The position numbers were made by a program, and so were the translations under genes. The notes beneath the pieces were generated by a model. The model ran no database searches, had not been told where the DNA came from, and was given only the letters and a program-made list of their open reading frames with translations. Source: an uncultured bacterium (GTDB taxonomy: Bacteria > Edwardsbacteria > AC1 > EtOH8). Taken from it: 64,000 nucleotides of DNA. Each line of letters begins with the position of its first letter. Position 1 is the stretch's first letter. Of this stretch, positions 26,801 through 36,358 are shown piece by piece. The stretch lies in assembly GCA_964518765.1 (NCBI GenBank), contig CAZFJC010000012.1, positions 11,667 to 75,666 of the forward strand, in the 5' to 3' direction.

Positions 26801-28720
26801 TTACTGGGCGACACGGAAGCCGATGTTGTCGTTCCTGATGCCCGGGTAGTTCCTGCCGCGGTAGGCGGAACGGCAGTTGCTTGCAATGTTGTCCCAGCTT
26901 CCGCCGCGCAGCACCCGGAGGTCGCCAAAGGACGGGCCGGTAGGGTTATTGGAGGGCGAACTGCCGTAGTAATTTTCGCCATACCAGTCGTTGCACCACT
27001 CCCAAACATTGCCGGCCATGTCGTGGCACCCATAGGGCGAAACGCCGGAGGGAAAACTGCCCACCGGGGAGGTGTTAGTATAGTCTCCGTCTTCATAACT
27101 ATTGCATTTGCCGGCATCCCAAGTGTTGCCCCATGGGTATTTTCTTCCATCAGTCCCCCGGGCCGCCTTCTCCCATTCGGCCTCGGTGGGCAGGCGCAGG
27201 CCTGCCCAGTCGCAGTAGGCTTTGGCATCGTGCCAGGTTACATTCACCACCGGGTGGTCGTTCCTATTATTCCAAGAGGGCTGTTCCGGCATGGTCCTGC
27301 CCGTGGCATTGCAGAACTTTCGGAACTGCCCCACCGTCACCTCGTATTTGCCTATGTAGTATTTGTCCAAGTAAACCGTGTGCACCGGCTTTTCGTCACC
27401 GTCGCCGTCATCAGAGCCCATGGTGAAGCTGCCGGCCGGGATCTCTATCAGCACCGAGCCGTCCTTTTCGTTCACTATCTCTCGGCCTTTCGCAGCTTGA
27501 CCACCCCTCGTCTCCCCTCCTTGCCCAAGGAGGGGACTAAGGGGTGGTTGGGTGGTCTTCAGCACCACATTCCGCGCCACGCTCTGCCCCGGCCCCACGC
27601 TTACGCTCACCTGCCCCACCTGGTAGCCGTTCTTTTCCACCTTAACATTGTATGTCCCCGGTTCCAGCCCGGTAACACTGCAGGGGGTGATGCCCCGCGG
27701 CGTTCCGTCAACGTTAACGCTGGCCCCGCTGGGCGTGCTGGTTATCACTATCGAGCCCGGCTTGGGGGAAAGCACCGCATTCAACGTGTTTCCCTCCCCG
27801 CTTTCTATGGTCATCTCCACCTCGTAGGTCGCATAGCCGGTTTTGCTCACCCTTATCTTATGGACACCGATCCCCAGCCCGGCAACCTTCAAACCTGTCG
27901 AACCTGCCCCGAGCGAAGTCGAGGGGCCTGTCAAACCTTTTCTGACGCCATCTATGTAAACAGTAGAGTTTGCCGGCTCCGAGGTTACGGTCAGCGTTCC
28001 GTATTCTTTGGTCAGAACCGCATTGACCGAGGCGGTGATATTCTTGGCCACATTCACCGTTTTGGAGACGCTGCTGTAGCCGTCCTTGACTATGACTATG
28101 TTGTGCTCTCCTATTTCTATTTTGGATATAAGCCCCGGGGTGGCCCCGACGTCAGCCCCGTCCAGAAAGATCCGGGCGCCAGGCGGCGTGGAACTAACCT
28201 TTATACTGCCGTATTCGGATTTTGTCTCGGCTATGGGCGTGGCCGTCGGCTTCGGCTTCCATCTGGAGAACTCGGCCGCCGCCTCCTTCATGGCATCAAG
28301 GAGATTGGAGATGTCGCCCGTGTATTTCTTGGAGAAGGCCATGTCTATCTCGCCGGTCTTGACGTCGATCATCCGCAGCTCCACGGCGAAGACCGCCCCG
28401 AACTTGCCGATGGTTCCGCCGAACATCTTCTGCACCCCCAGGTACTGCCCGGCCTCCACCAGGCAGGAGGTGGCGTCGCAGGCCCCGCTCTGCTGGAATC
28501 CCTGCTCGCGGAGGATCTCGTCGCGCTTGGAGCGCTCGATTACCTTGTAGGCCCCCTGGCCGACGAACTCGTTCAAGAGCTTGTCGGTCAGCATCACCAC
28601 CTCCTTGGCCGACAGACCCTCGGTGACGTTGAGGTCCATCACCGAGACCGTCAGCTTCTGGGCGGCGGCCAGGCCTGCCAGCAGAAGTGTGGCGATTGTT
28701 ATCTTAACCAGCCTATCCAT
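26801..28720 (-). CDS. Lipoprotein with three PEGA domains and a C-terminal formylglycine-generating enzyme (SUMF1/FGE-sulfatase) domain
   Basis: 639 aa. Signal peptide [25 protein letters not shown]-like repeats ([12 protein letters not shown].., [12 protein letters not shown].., [12 protein letters not shown]..). FGE domain ([51 protein letters not shown]). Confidence 0.8.
   Translation of the reverse strand: MDRLVKITIATLLLAGLAAAQKLTVSVMDLNVTEGLSAKEVVMLTDKLLNEFVGQGAYKVIERSKRDEILREQGFQQSGACDATSCLVEAGQYLGVQKMFGGTIGKFGAVFAVELRMIDVKTGEIDMAFSKKYTGDISNLLDAMKEAAAEFSRWKPKPTATPIAETKSEYGSIKVSSTPPGARIFLDGADVGATPGLISKIEIGEHNIVIVKDGYSSVSKTVNVAKNITASVNAVLTKEYGTLTVTSEPANSTVYIDGVRKGLTGPSTSLGAGSTGLKVAGLGIGVHKIRVSKTGYATYEVEMTIESGEGNTLNAVLSPKPGSIVITSTPSGASVNVDGTPRGITPCSVTGLEPGTYNVKVEKNGYQVGQVSVSVGPGQSVARNVVLKTTQPPLSPLLGQGGETRGGQAAKGREIVNEKDGSVLIEIPAGSFTMGSDDGDGDEKPVHTVYLDKYYIGKYEVTVGQFRKFCNATGRTMPEQPSWNNRNDHPVVNVTWHDAKAYCDWAGLRLPTEAEWEKAARGTDGRKYPWGNTWDAGKCNSYEDGDYTNTSPVGSFPSGVSPYGCHDMAGNVWEWCNDWYGENYYGSSPSNNPTGPSFGDLRVLRGGSWDNIASNCRSAYRGRNYPGIRNDNIGFRVAQ
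27498..27557. repeat. Copy of the nested-hairpin repeat embedded in-frame inside the PEGA/FGE coding sequence (linker region)
   Basis: gaccacccctcgtctcccctccttgcccaaggaggggactaaggggtggttgggtggtc is 60 nt (20 codons). Translated on the minus strand it gives ..[20 protein letters not shown].. between the last PEGA repeat and the FGE domain. Confidence 0.65.
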
Positions 28721-28770
28721 CCAATCTGGCCTTTCTTCTGATTTCCGCCTTCTGCTTTCCGTCTCAAGAT

Positions 28771-29739
28771 TTATTCGATGTCGTCATCCTCGCCGTACTG
28801 GGCCGATTCGAACTTCTTCTGGATGGAGTCCAGAAGCCTCCTGTTGAACTCCTCGGCCGAGCGGTAGCCGCAGAGCTTGAGCAGGTGGTTCATGGCGATC
28901 ACCTCGGAGATGACGCTGATGTTCTTGCCCGGGACCACCGGCACCGTCACCAGCGGTATCCGCACCCCCAGGATCTCGGTGGGCTTCTCATCCAGTCCGG
29001 TGCGCTCGTAGTCCTCGTCGTCCGACCAGCGCTTGAGGCGAACCTCCACCTCCACCCGCTTGCGCATCCGCACCGCCCGGATGCCGAAGATGGCCGTCAG
29101 GTCGATGATGCCCACCCCGCGGATCTCCATGTGGTGCTGCAGGGTCTGGTTGCCGTAGCCGATGAGCATGCCGGCGCCGCGGCGCTTGATCATCACCACG
29201 TCGTCGGCCACCAGCCGGTGCCCCCGCTCCACCAGGTCCAGGGCGCACTCGCTCTTGCCGATCCCGGAGTCCCCGGTGTAGAGCAGCCCCACCCCATAGA
29301 CGTCCACCAGGGTGCCGTGGACCGAGACCACCGGCGCCAGCCGGTTGTCGATGTAGGCCGAGAGCTTGTGGATGAAATCGGTGGTGTCCATGTCGGTGCG
29401 GAAGAGCGGCACCCCGTGCTTCCTGGTCTGCGACAGCAGCTCGGGGTGGACCTCCAGCTTCTTGGTGACCACGATGCAGGGTATTTGGTAGGACAGGATC
29501 CGGTCCAGGGCCTCCACCCTGGCCGGCGGCGTCAGGGTCTCCAGGTAGCCGGTCTCGGTGATGCCGATGATCTGGACGCGCTCCCACAGGAAGTAGCCCA
29601 TGTAGCCGGTCAGGGCCAGCCCGGGCCGGTTGGTGTCGGCGATGACTATCTTCCTCTCCAGCTGGCCCTGGTTGAGGACCTCCAGCCGCAGGGCCTCCCG
29701 GCGGTCCTCCAGCATCTCCTTGACCGTGATCTCCCTCAT
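28771..29739 (-). CDS. hprK: HPr kinase/phosphorylase
   Basis: Walker [10 protein letters not shown]. HprK signature [12 protein letters not shown]-terminal domain. Start taken at MREITVKEM; the track ORF to 29808 adds 23 aa. Confidence 0.9.
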   Translation of the reverse strand: MREITVKEMLEDRREALRLEVLNQGQLERKIVIADTNRPGLALTGYMGYFLWERVQIIGITETGYLETLTPPARVEALDRILSYQIPCIVVTKKLEVHPELLSQTRKHGVPLFRTDMDTTDFIHKLSAYIDNRLAPVVSVHGTLVDVYGVGLLYTGDSGIGKSECALDLVERGHRLVADDVVMIKRRGAGMLIGYGNQTLQHHMEIRGVGIIDLTAIFGIRAVRMRKRVEVEVRLKRWSDDEDYERTGLDEKPTEILGVRIPLVTVPVVPGKNISVISEVIAMNHLLKLCGYRSAEEFNRRLLDSIQKKFESAQYGEDDDIE

Positions 29740-29842
29740 TCCCTCCTCGCATCCCCCGGCTCGCCCGCCCCAGCCGGCCGCTGGGCGCCCGGGGCGAAAC
29801 CGCGGCAATCTGTGTTTGTTTTTCTGGTCCGGGGCTCCGGCT

Positions 29843-30157
29843 TTAGATCCTGGTGCTCACCCGTTTGCGGTCCTGACGCTTCTCCTTGAACTTCTTGACC
29901 TGGGATTCTATCTTCTTGGCCGCCATGTCGACGGCGCTCTCCATGCTGGTGGAGACCTCCTTGGCCGTCAGCCTCTTGCCCCGGGGCAGGTGCACGGCCA
30001 CCTCGGCCTGGTGCCGGTGCTTCTCCCCGGTGAGGATGACCCTGGCCTCCAGGATGCGATCGAAGAAGTGCTCCAGCTTGGCCATCCTCTCCTCGACCTC
30101 GGCCCTCAGGGCGTCGGTCATCTCCGGGTAATGCCGGGTGGTGATGTTCAGTTTCAT
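29843..30157 (-). CDS. hpf: Ribosome hibernation promoting factor / sigma-54 modulation protein
   Basis: 104 aa. MKLNITTRHYPEMTDALRAEVEERMAKLEHFFDRILEARVILT is the canonical YfiA/HPF family N-terminus. Confidence 0.85.
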   Translation of the reverse strand: MKLNITTRHYPEMTDALRAEVEERMAKLEHFFDRILEARVILTGEKHRHQAEVAVHLPRGKRLTAKEVSTSMESAVDMAAKKIESQVKKFKEKRQDRKRVSTRI

Positions 30158-31077
30158 GTTGTTCGCTCCTTATGTTGGCTGATGTTGTATTCCGTTTTCG
30201 ACGTTATCTCTTCATAGAGCTCGGCCGCCCGGTAGGAGCTCCTGACCAGGGGCCCGGCGCATACCGCCATCCCCAGCTTCCGGCCGTGACTCTCCAAATC
30301 CTGGAATTCCTCCCACCCCCAGAATCTGGTTATCGGCCGGTGAGAGGATGAAGGAGCCAGATACTGGCCGACGGTGGCCGCTCTGCATCCGGCCTTGGCC
30401 AGATCCTCCAGCGCCGCCGACACCTCCGAATGATCCTCTCCCAGGCCCACCATCAGGCCGGACTTGGTGGCCAGACCCGATTCCGCAGCCTCCTGGATTA
30501 TCCCCAAAGAACGCTGGTAATCGGCTGCTGGCCTGACCTCGGGGTAGAGGCGGGGCACGGTCTCCAGGTTGTGGTTGAGGACGTCTGGCCGCGACTCCAG
30601 TATCCTGGCCAAAGCCGACCGATCGCCCTGCAGGTCTGGTATCAGCACCTCGATCCTGGCCCCGGGGCTGCCGGAGCGAATGGCGGCTACAGTGGCCGCG
30701 ATGTGTGCGGCGCCGCCGTCAGGCAGGTCGTCGCGGGTGACCGAGGTGACCACGGCATAGGACAGCCCCAGCATCGCCACCGCCTTGGCCACCGCCTGCG
30801 GCTCGCCTGGATCGAGCTTCTTCGGCTGTCCCTTGGGCACGGCGCAGAAGGTGCAGCGGCGGGTGCAGGCCGGTCCCATCACCAGGAAGGTGGCGGTGCC
30901 TTCGGAGAAACACCGGTTGCAGTTGGGGCACTTGGCCGAGCGGCAGACCGTCTCCAGACCCAGGCCTTCCAGCGTCGCCCCCACCCGGTGCCGGGCCGGA
31001 TTCATCCTCAGCTCCTGTTTGAAATCGGCTGAAAGACGGATTCTGTTTGCGTTATCGGTCGCCATGGCTGCCATCAA
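30154..31077 (-). CDS. lipA: Lipoyl synthase
   Basis: CPNCNRC (auxiliary cluster) and CTRRCTFCAV (radical-SAM CxxxCxxC). Confidence 0.9.
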   Translation of the reverse strand: MMAAMATDNANRIRLSADFKQELRMNPARHRVGATLEGLGLETVCRSAKCPNCNRCFSEGTATFLVMGPACTRRCTFCAVPKGQPKKLDPGEPQAVAKAVAMLGLSYAVVTSVTRDDLPDGGAAHIAATVAAIRSGSPGARIEVLIPDLQGDRSALARILESRPDVLNHNLETVPRLYPEVRPAADYQRSLGIIQEAAESGLATKSGLMVGLGEDHSEVSAALEDLAKAGCRAATVGQYLAPSSSHRPITRFWGWEEFQDLESHGRKLGMAVCAGPLVRSSYRAAELYEEITSKTEYNISQHKERTT

Positions 31078-31134
31078 AAGGTTATGCGTTTAGGCGGCAC
31101 GGGCTATGGCTGGTCGAGGGGACGGTCGAAAGGA

Positions 31135-32523
31135 CTAGCGTTTCCGCCTGAGCCGGGTGGGCAAGATTTTTTCCTCCTCCCGGTACTTGGCCACCGTCCT
31201 TCGGGCGATGTTGATTCCCTTCTGCTTGAGAAGCTTGGCTATCTGTCCGTCGGTCAAAGGCTTTTTGGGATCCTCGCCGGTCACCAGCTCGGCGATGGTG
31301 GCCCTCACCCCGCGCGACGAGTCCAGGCCGCTTTCGGTCTTCAGCCCCCCGCAGAACAGGGAGCGCAGGGCCACCACCCCGTGCGGGGTCAGGGCGTACT
31401 TGTTCTGCACCGCCCGGCTGACGGTGGACTCGTGCATCCCGATGTCCTGGGCCACCTGCCCCATGGTCATCGGTCTGATGGCCTTGGCCCCGCTCTCCAG
31501 AAAGCCCCTCTGCCTGGCCACCACCGCCTCCAGGATCCGGCCGATGGTCCGCCGCCGCTGCTCTATCATCCTGACGATGAAGCGGGCCGCCTCAATCCTT
31601 TTGGCCACGTAGGCCCGGTCCTCGGGGCTGGAAGCCTTGGCCTGCCTCAGGATCTGCTTGTATCCGGCGGCCAGCCTCACCCGGGGCACCACCCCGTCGT
31701 TGGTGATCACCTGATAGCCCTCTCCCACCCTCTCGATGATGACGTCGGGATAGATGTAGCAAGCCTCCTCGCTGTCCAGGCCAAAGCCCGGGCGAGGGGA
31801 GAGCCCGGCGATCATCCGTTGGGCCCTGACCACCTCGGCCGTGGTGGTCTTCAGGGCCCGGGCGATGGCCGGGATCCTCTGGCGCTCCAGCAGATCGAAG
31901 TGAGAGGAGACTATCCGCCAGGCCAGCGTCCCCTCCTTGCCCTGCCTGGCCATCTGGATCAGCAGGCATTCCCTGATGTTCCGGGCCCCGATCCCCGGCG
32001 GGTCCAGGCCCTGGACCAAGGCCAGCGCCCGCTCGGCCTGCTCCAGCCCGCAGCCGGCCTGCTGGGCGATCTCGTCCAGGGGGACCTTGAGCAGGCCGTC
32101 GCTGTCCAGGTTGCCGATGATGGCCTCGCCCAACGCCAGGTCCTCCCCGTTGTCCGAGGCGATGCGAAGCTGGCTTTTCAGGCTCTCCTGCAGGTTCTCC
32201 CGGCAGGCGATGACCGGAAATCCGGTGACCTCGGGCGTGGTCTCGCAGGACTGTGGGACGGATTCCATCTCCTCCTGAAGATAGTCCTGCCAGTCGATTT
32301 TATCATCGGCCTCCTGGGGCTCAACCTCCGGCTCCTCTCCCTCCTTCTCCCCTGGCTCCTCGCCCTCGGCCACCTCCTCCAGCATGGGGTTGACCTCCAG
32401 CTCCTGCCTCACCAGCTGCTGCAGCTCCAGGGTGGGTAGCTGAAGGAGCTTTAGAAGCTGCAGCATCTCCGGGGCCAGTACCTGCCTCAGCTCGCCGCGC
32501 AGCTCCATCCTCGGCGGCGTCAT
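31135..32523 (-). CDS. rpoN: RNA polymerase sigma-54 factor
   Basis: Conserved N-terminus MTPPRMELRGELRQVLAPEMLQLLKLLQLPTLELQQLVRQELEVNPMLEE. C-terminal RpoN box ARRTVAKYRE. The track ORF (701 aa, to 33240) has a 239-aa out-of-context extension; ATG at 32523 overlaps the upstream stop (ATGA). Confidence 0.9.
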   Translation of the reverse strand: MTPPRMELRGELRQVLAPEMLQLLKLLQLPTLELQQLVRQELEVNPMLEEVAEGEEPGEKEGEEPEVEPQEADDKIDWQDYLQEEMESVPQSCETTPEVTGFPVIACRENLQESLKSQLRIASDNGEDLALGEAIIGNLDSDGLLKVPLDEIAQQAGCGLEQAERALALVQGLDPPGIGARNIRECLLIQMARQGKEGTLAWRIVSSHFDLLERQRIPAIARALKTTTAEVVRAQRMIAGLSPRPGFGLDSEEACYIYPDVIIERVGEGYQVITNDGVVPRVRLAAGYKQILRQAKASSPEDRAYVAKRIEAARFIVRMIEQRRRTIGRILEAVVARQRGFLESGAKAIRPMTMGQVAQDIGMHESTVSRAVQNKYALTPHGVVALRSLFCGGLKTESGLDSSRGVRATIAELVTGEDPKKPLTDGQIAKLLKQKGINIARRTVAKYREEEKILPTRLRRKR

Positions 32524-33611
32524 AGGCCCTCCTCCCCGAAGAAGGCGCCCTTGGCCTCGGCCGGGATTTTGATCCTGGACAGCCGGCCCTCGGTGAAATA
32601 GAACTCCATCACCCGGCTCTGGACCATGTTGCGGCCGCGCTTCCCCCCTTTCTCGTACTGGTGGTAGAGGCTCCACACCCGGCCGGACGTTCTCGCCCGG
32701 GCTATCCGGCCGTCCCGGAACTCGGCCCACAGGCTGTCGCAGCGTATCAGGTCGGTGTCGCCGGCCGAGGCGGCGAACTGGCGCAGGGCCACCGAGTCGA
32801 AGGCCTCCAGCCCCTTGACGGTATCCCCTTCGAAGGACAGGGTTATCAACCCGGCCCGCATGTCGGTGTTGGGCTGCCACACCCGGGGCGACCCCTCCAT
32901 AACCAGCCTCCCCTGTTCCCGGTAGTAGGCGGCCCGTTCGCACCAGGCCTGGAGCGTGTCCTGGACGTAGTGCACCTGTCCGCTGGCTACGGCCATGCTC
33001 CCCTGGCGGTAGACCTCCATCCTCTCCGAGGTGACTGTCCTCGTCCGATCGCTTCCCCGGTCCTTGACCTCCAGCCTGGGCCGGCCGGTGAGCAGGCCGT
33101 AGCCCTGCTGGTGCCAGTACTGGCCGAAGTCGGCCAGGGCCTGCTGGAGGCCGGAGCTGTCGGCGATCCGCACCCGGCCGTAGGCCTCGCTGCGCGCCGC
33201 CTCCCGGAAGTAGGCCAAGGAGTCGGCCGACAAAGTCCACTGAGGGTCGCGGGCCACTGGCTGGCCGTGCATCACCGCCTTGCTCAGCTCCTTATAGTAG
33301 CAGGCCCGACTTCCCGTCATCTGGATGTCCCGGTCGGTGAGCGACACCCTACCCCAGACCTCGGCCTGCTGCCTGAGGGTGGAGACCCAGGCGCTGTCGC
33401 CGCGGAGCACGGTCGAGCCGTGGACGATCTCCACCTGCCCCAGGAGCCGGGTCACCTTGTCCTTGCCCAGCAGCTGGGCCTTCATGGTGTTGGCCGACAT
33501 CAGATAGGGCTGGGAGGTGTCGGGCCGGTGCTGTCGCCAGTCCGGTCGCGGGGCCGAGCCGTTCCCGGGAGGCGATGCCATGACGGCCAGCACCATGGTC
33601 AATATGATCAT
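32520..33611 (-). CDS. LptA/OstA-like periplasmic protein (LPS transport)
   Basis: 363 aa from MIILTMVLAVMASPPG (signal/anchor). Repeated OstA-like beta-jellyroll segments. Sits in the lptC - lptA - rpoN position. The track ORF extends to 34118 in a frame overlapping lptC; rejected. Confidence 0.55.
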   Translation of the reverse strand: MIILTMVLAVMASPPGNGSAPRPDWRQHRPDTSQPYLMSANTMKAQLLGKDKVTRLLGQVEIVHGSTVLRGDSAWVSTLRQQAEVWGRVSLTDRDIQMTGSRACYYKELSKAVMHGQPVARDPQWTLSADSLAYFREAARSEAYGRVRIADSSGLQQALADFGQYWHQQGYGLLTGRPRLEVKDRGSDRTRTVTSERMEVYRQGSMAVASGQVHYVQDTLQAWCERAAYYREQGRLVMEGSPRVWQPNTDMRAGLITLSFEGDTVKGLEAFDSVALRQFAASAGDTDLIRCDSLWAEFRDGRIARARTSGRVWSLYHQYEKGGKRGRNMVQSRVMEFYFTEGRLSRIKIPAEAKGAFFGEEGL

Positions 33612-34168
33612 CGGAACTCGCCCAGATCGTTCAACAGCTCCTTCTGGCCCTGGACGTTGCGCTTGAGCTCGATCTCCTTGAGGTCCGGGCTGGCCTCCAA
33701 GCCCTCGCCCGTCAGCCAGTCGCCCCCCCGCTCCAGCCTGACGGCGGCCTCGGTGTAAAGCCGCCGGGCGGCGTTGTTCCATCGGATGTAGCTGGTGGTC
33801 AGCACCAGGCTGTCCCGGCCGGCGATGACCACGTTGTGGCGCGCCTCCATGTCGCGGCTGGCGGTGTTGACCATGCCGCGGTCGGCCGTCAGGGTGGCGC
33901 TGATGCTGTCGCCGGCCTCGCGGTAGAAGTCGATCTTCAGCTTGGCCAGGTCCACCTCCTGCCGCTGGCTGAAGCTGTTGGCCTCCTCGGCCGTCATCAC
34001 CCACACCTTTTTCCCCAGCAGGGTCTCGGTCAGCCGGAAGCCGGCGATGGTCTGCGAGGGGATGGTGTCCCTGGCCGCCAGACCCCGGTCCTCGGCCGGC
34101 CCCTTCTTCCCCGGACATCCCGACAGCGGCAGGGCCGCCAGCAATAATACTATATATTTATAGTTCAT
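33608..34168 (-). CDS. lptC: Lipopolysaccharide export system protein LptC-like
   Basis: 186 aa. N-terminal anchor MNYKYIVLLLAALPLSGC. LptC-like beta-jellyroll. Position immediately upstream of the lptA-like gene and rpoN. Confidence 0.6.
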   Translation of the reverse strand: MNYKYIVLLLAALPLSGCPGKKGPAEDRGLAARDTIPSQTIAGFRLTETLLGKKVWVMTAEEANSFSQRQEVDLAKLKIDFYREAGDSISATLTADRGMVNTASRDMEARHNVVIAGRDSLVLTTSYIRWNNAARRLYTEAAVRLERGGDWLTGEGLEASPDLKEIELKRNVQGQKELLNDLGEFR

Positions 34169-34239
34169 GTATCCTTGCGGCTATAAACCTTCCCTTTTCC
34201 CCTTTAACCTTGGCCCTGGTCCCTGGCCCTCGTCCCCGG

Positions 34240-35148
34240 TCACCAGGGTTTCTCCGTCCATCTCAGGTGCATCCAGGCCCATTGTCTGACGTCCCATTCT
34301 ATCAGCCGCTCGACGGCCGCTGTCTGTCGCCGCACCTCCTCCAGGATCTGAAGTTCCTTGTCGCCCTGCGGGGAGCGATCTATCTCCGGAAGGATGGTTA
34401 TCCGATGGCGGCCGTCGGGCAGCCTGTGGACGGCCAGGGGCACCACCGCGGCCCCGGTCTTGAGGGCCAAGGCGGCGGCGCCGGTCGGCGTTTTGGCCGG
34501 GTGCCCCATAAATTGGACCTCGACGCTGGCCACCCGGGTGTCCTGGTCGATAAGTATCCCCAGCGCCTGGCCCTGGCGAAGCGACCGGATCGCCTCCCTG
34601 GCCCCCTGGTCCCGGTCGATGACCCTCACCCCCCATCTGGAACGGGCGGAGTTCAACAGCCTGTCAAGCCTGGGATCGTAGACCTTCCGGCCGATGACGC
34701 TGATCCGATAGCCGCGCTGCGAAAACCAGGCCGGTATCAGCTCCCAGCAGCCGATGTGGCCGGTGACCGCTACCACCCCCCGTCCGCGGCGGTAAGCCCG
34801 GTCGAAATGCTCCAGGCCGGAGACAACGACCATCGATTCGACCTGCGTTCCTGACTGCCTGGGAAGGCGGATGGCGTCTACCGCATTCAGGGCCAACTGG
34901 CGGAAGACCTCCCGACCTAGAACCAAGCGGTCGGACCTTTCCGGAAAGACCAGCCTCAGGTTGAAAAGGACCTTGTCCCTCTCTTTAGGCAACAGTCTCC
35001 AAGCCAGTTTCGAGAGGAACCCGGCCAAGGCAAGGCACCAGGCTTTCGGCAATAATTGGAAAAAGAGCAAAAGGGTAAAGATCAGGATGTATTGTAACTG
35101 GCGCCGCCAAAAACGCACAGCAAAAAACATACTTACCATTTTCATCAT
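34240..35148 (-). CDS. Lipid A biosynthesis lauroyl/myristoyl acyltransferase (LpxL/HtrB family)
   Basis: 302 aa. N-terminal TM segment. LPLAT/HtrB pattern (NLRLVFPERSDRL..VVAVTGHIGCWE..). Confidence 0.75.
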   Translation of the reverse strand: MMKMVSMFFAVRFWRRQLQYILIFTLLLFFQLLPKAWCLALAGFLSKLAWRLLPKERDKVLFNLRLVFPERSDRLVLGREVFRQLALNAVDAIRLPRQSGTQVESMVVVSGLEHFDRAYRRGRGVVAVTGHIGCWELIPAWFSQRGYRISVIGRKVYDPRLDRLLNSARSRWGVRVIDRDQGAREAIRSLRQGQALGILIDQDTRVASVEVQFMGHPAKTPTGAAALALKTGAAVVPLAVHRLPDGRHRITILPEIDRSPQGDKELQILEEVRRQTAAVERLIEWDVRQWAWMHLRWTEKPW

Positions 35149-35181
35149 ATAAATTTATCACAGGAAAATGGCCTTTGCAAG

Positions 35182-35214
35182 AGAAAAATGCCCCAAACTT
35201 TATTTCGGGGCATT
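35182..35214 (-). terminator. Rho-independent terminator downstream of kdsD
   Basis: AATGCCCC aaactttatttc GGGGCATT, then a T-run on the minus strand. Confidence 0.5.
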
Positions 35215-35279
35215 CGTAATGCTTTACTTAACAAAACGTTAATGCAAATTATGCAAAATATGTGCCATTAAAATACTAT

Positions 35280-36251
35280 CTATATTACCCCAGCCTTCAT
35301 GATGTCGTGCAGATGGATGATGCCCGCCGGCCTCCTCTCCCTGTCCACCACCAGCAGCGATGTCACCCGGTGGTCCTCCATCAGCTGGGCCGCCTTCACT
35401 GCCAGGCTTTCTCGGTCGATGATCTTGGGGTTTTTATTCATGACCTCGGCCACCTTCAGGCTCATGATGTCGTCGGTCTTGGCCAGCAGCCGCTTGAGGT
35501 CCCCGTCGGTGATCACCCCGGCCAGCTTGCCACCCTCGTCCACCACCGAGGTCACCCCACGCTTGGCCGTCATCTCCAGGATGGCCTGTTTCATGGTGCT
35601 GTCGAGCTTGACGACCGGGACGTCCGCGCCCGATAGCATCAGATCGGAGACCTTGAGCAGCAGCTTCTTGCCCAAGCCGCCCCCGGGATGCAGGCCGGCG
35701 AAGTCCTCGGGGGTGAAGCCCCGCTGTTCCAGCAGGGCGATGGCCAAAGCGTCGCCCATGGCCAGGGCGGCGGTGGTGCTGGTGGTCGGCACCAGGTCGT
35801 GGGGGCAGGCCTCCTCCTTGACCGAGACGTCCAGCACCACGTCGGCGTGGGCCGCCAGGGGCGCATCCGGCTTTCCCAGCAGGGCCACGATCCTCACCCC
35901 CCGGCGCTTGAGCATGGACAGCAGGGCGTAGAGCTCGTCGGTCTCGCCGCTCTTGGAGATGATGACGGCCGCGTCCCCTTTGCGCACCAGCCCCAGGTCG
36001 CCGTGGAGGGCGTCGGTGGGGTGCAGGAAGAAGGCCGGGGTGCCGGTGGAGGTCAGGGTGGCCGCTATCTTCTGTCCGATGAGACCTGACTTCCCCACCC
36101 CGGTGACCACTACCTTGTTCCTGGCCGCCAGGAGCAGGTCCACCGCCTCGGCGAATTTCTTATCCAGTCTTGCAGCCAGTTCCCCCAGTTCCCTGGCCTC
36201 GGCCCGGATGGCCTTCTTCCCCAGGGCTACGATTTTCCTCGAGTTGTTCAT
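35280..36251 (-). CDS. kdsD: Arabinose-5-phosphate isomerase (SIS + tandem CBS domains), KdsD/KpsF
   Basis: 323 aa from MNNSRKIV. SIS motif VVVTGVGKSGLIGQKIAATL. Two C-terminal CBS domains. The track ORF to 36452 has a 67-aa N-terminal extension. Confidence 0.85.
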   Translation of the reverse strand: MNNSRKIVALGKKAIRAEARELGELAARLDKKFAEAVDLLLAARNKVVVTGVGKSGLIGQKIAATLTSTGTPAFFLHPTDALHGDLGLVRKGDAAVIISKSGETDELYALLSMLKRRGVRIVALLGKPDAPLAAHADVVLDVSVKEEACPHDLVPTTSTTAALAMGDALAIALLEQRGFTPEDFAGLHPGGGLGKKLLLKVSDLMLSGADVPVVKLDSTMKQAILEMTAKRGVTSVVDEGGKLAGVITDGDLKRLLAKTDDIMSLKVAEVMNKNPKIIDRESLAVKAAQLMEDHRVTSLLVVDRERRPAGIIHLHDIMKAGVI

Positions 36252-36358
36252 GCTTACTTCTATAATACTAGAATCCGTCACTCCTGCATAGGCAGGAGTC
36301 CATATAACTAACCTGGATCCCCGCTTTTGCGGGAATGACCGGGTAAGTGCGGGAATAT

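Noticed and set aside
32524-33240. 239-aa N-terminal extension of rpoN in the ORF track (701-aa ORF)
   Set aside because: Sigma-54 region I starts at MTPPRMELRGEL... The extension is Gly/Pro/Arg-rich and overlaps the lptA-like gene in another frame.
33612-34118. N-terminal extension of the LptA-like ORF (532 aa)
   Set aside because: Overlaps the lptC coding frame. Low-complexity Gly/Arg/Pro. The internal Met followed by a signal peptide at 33611 fits.
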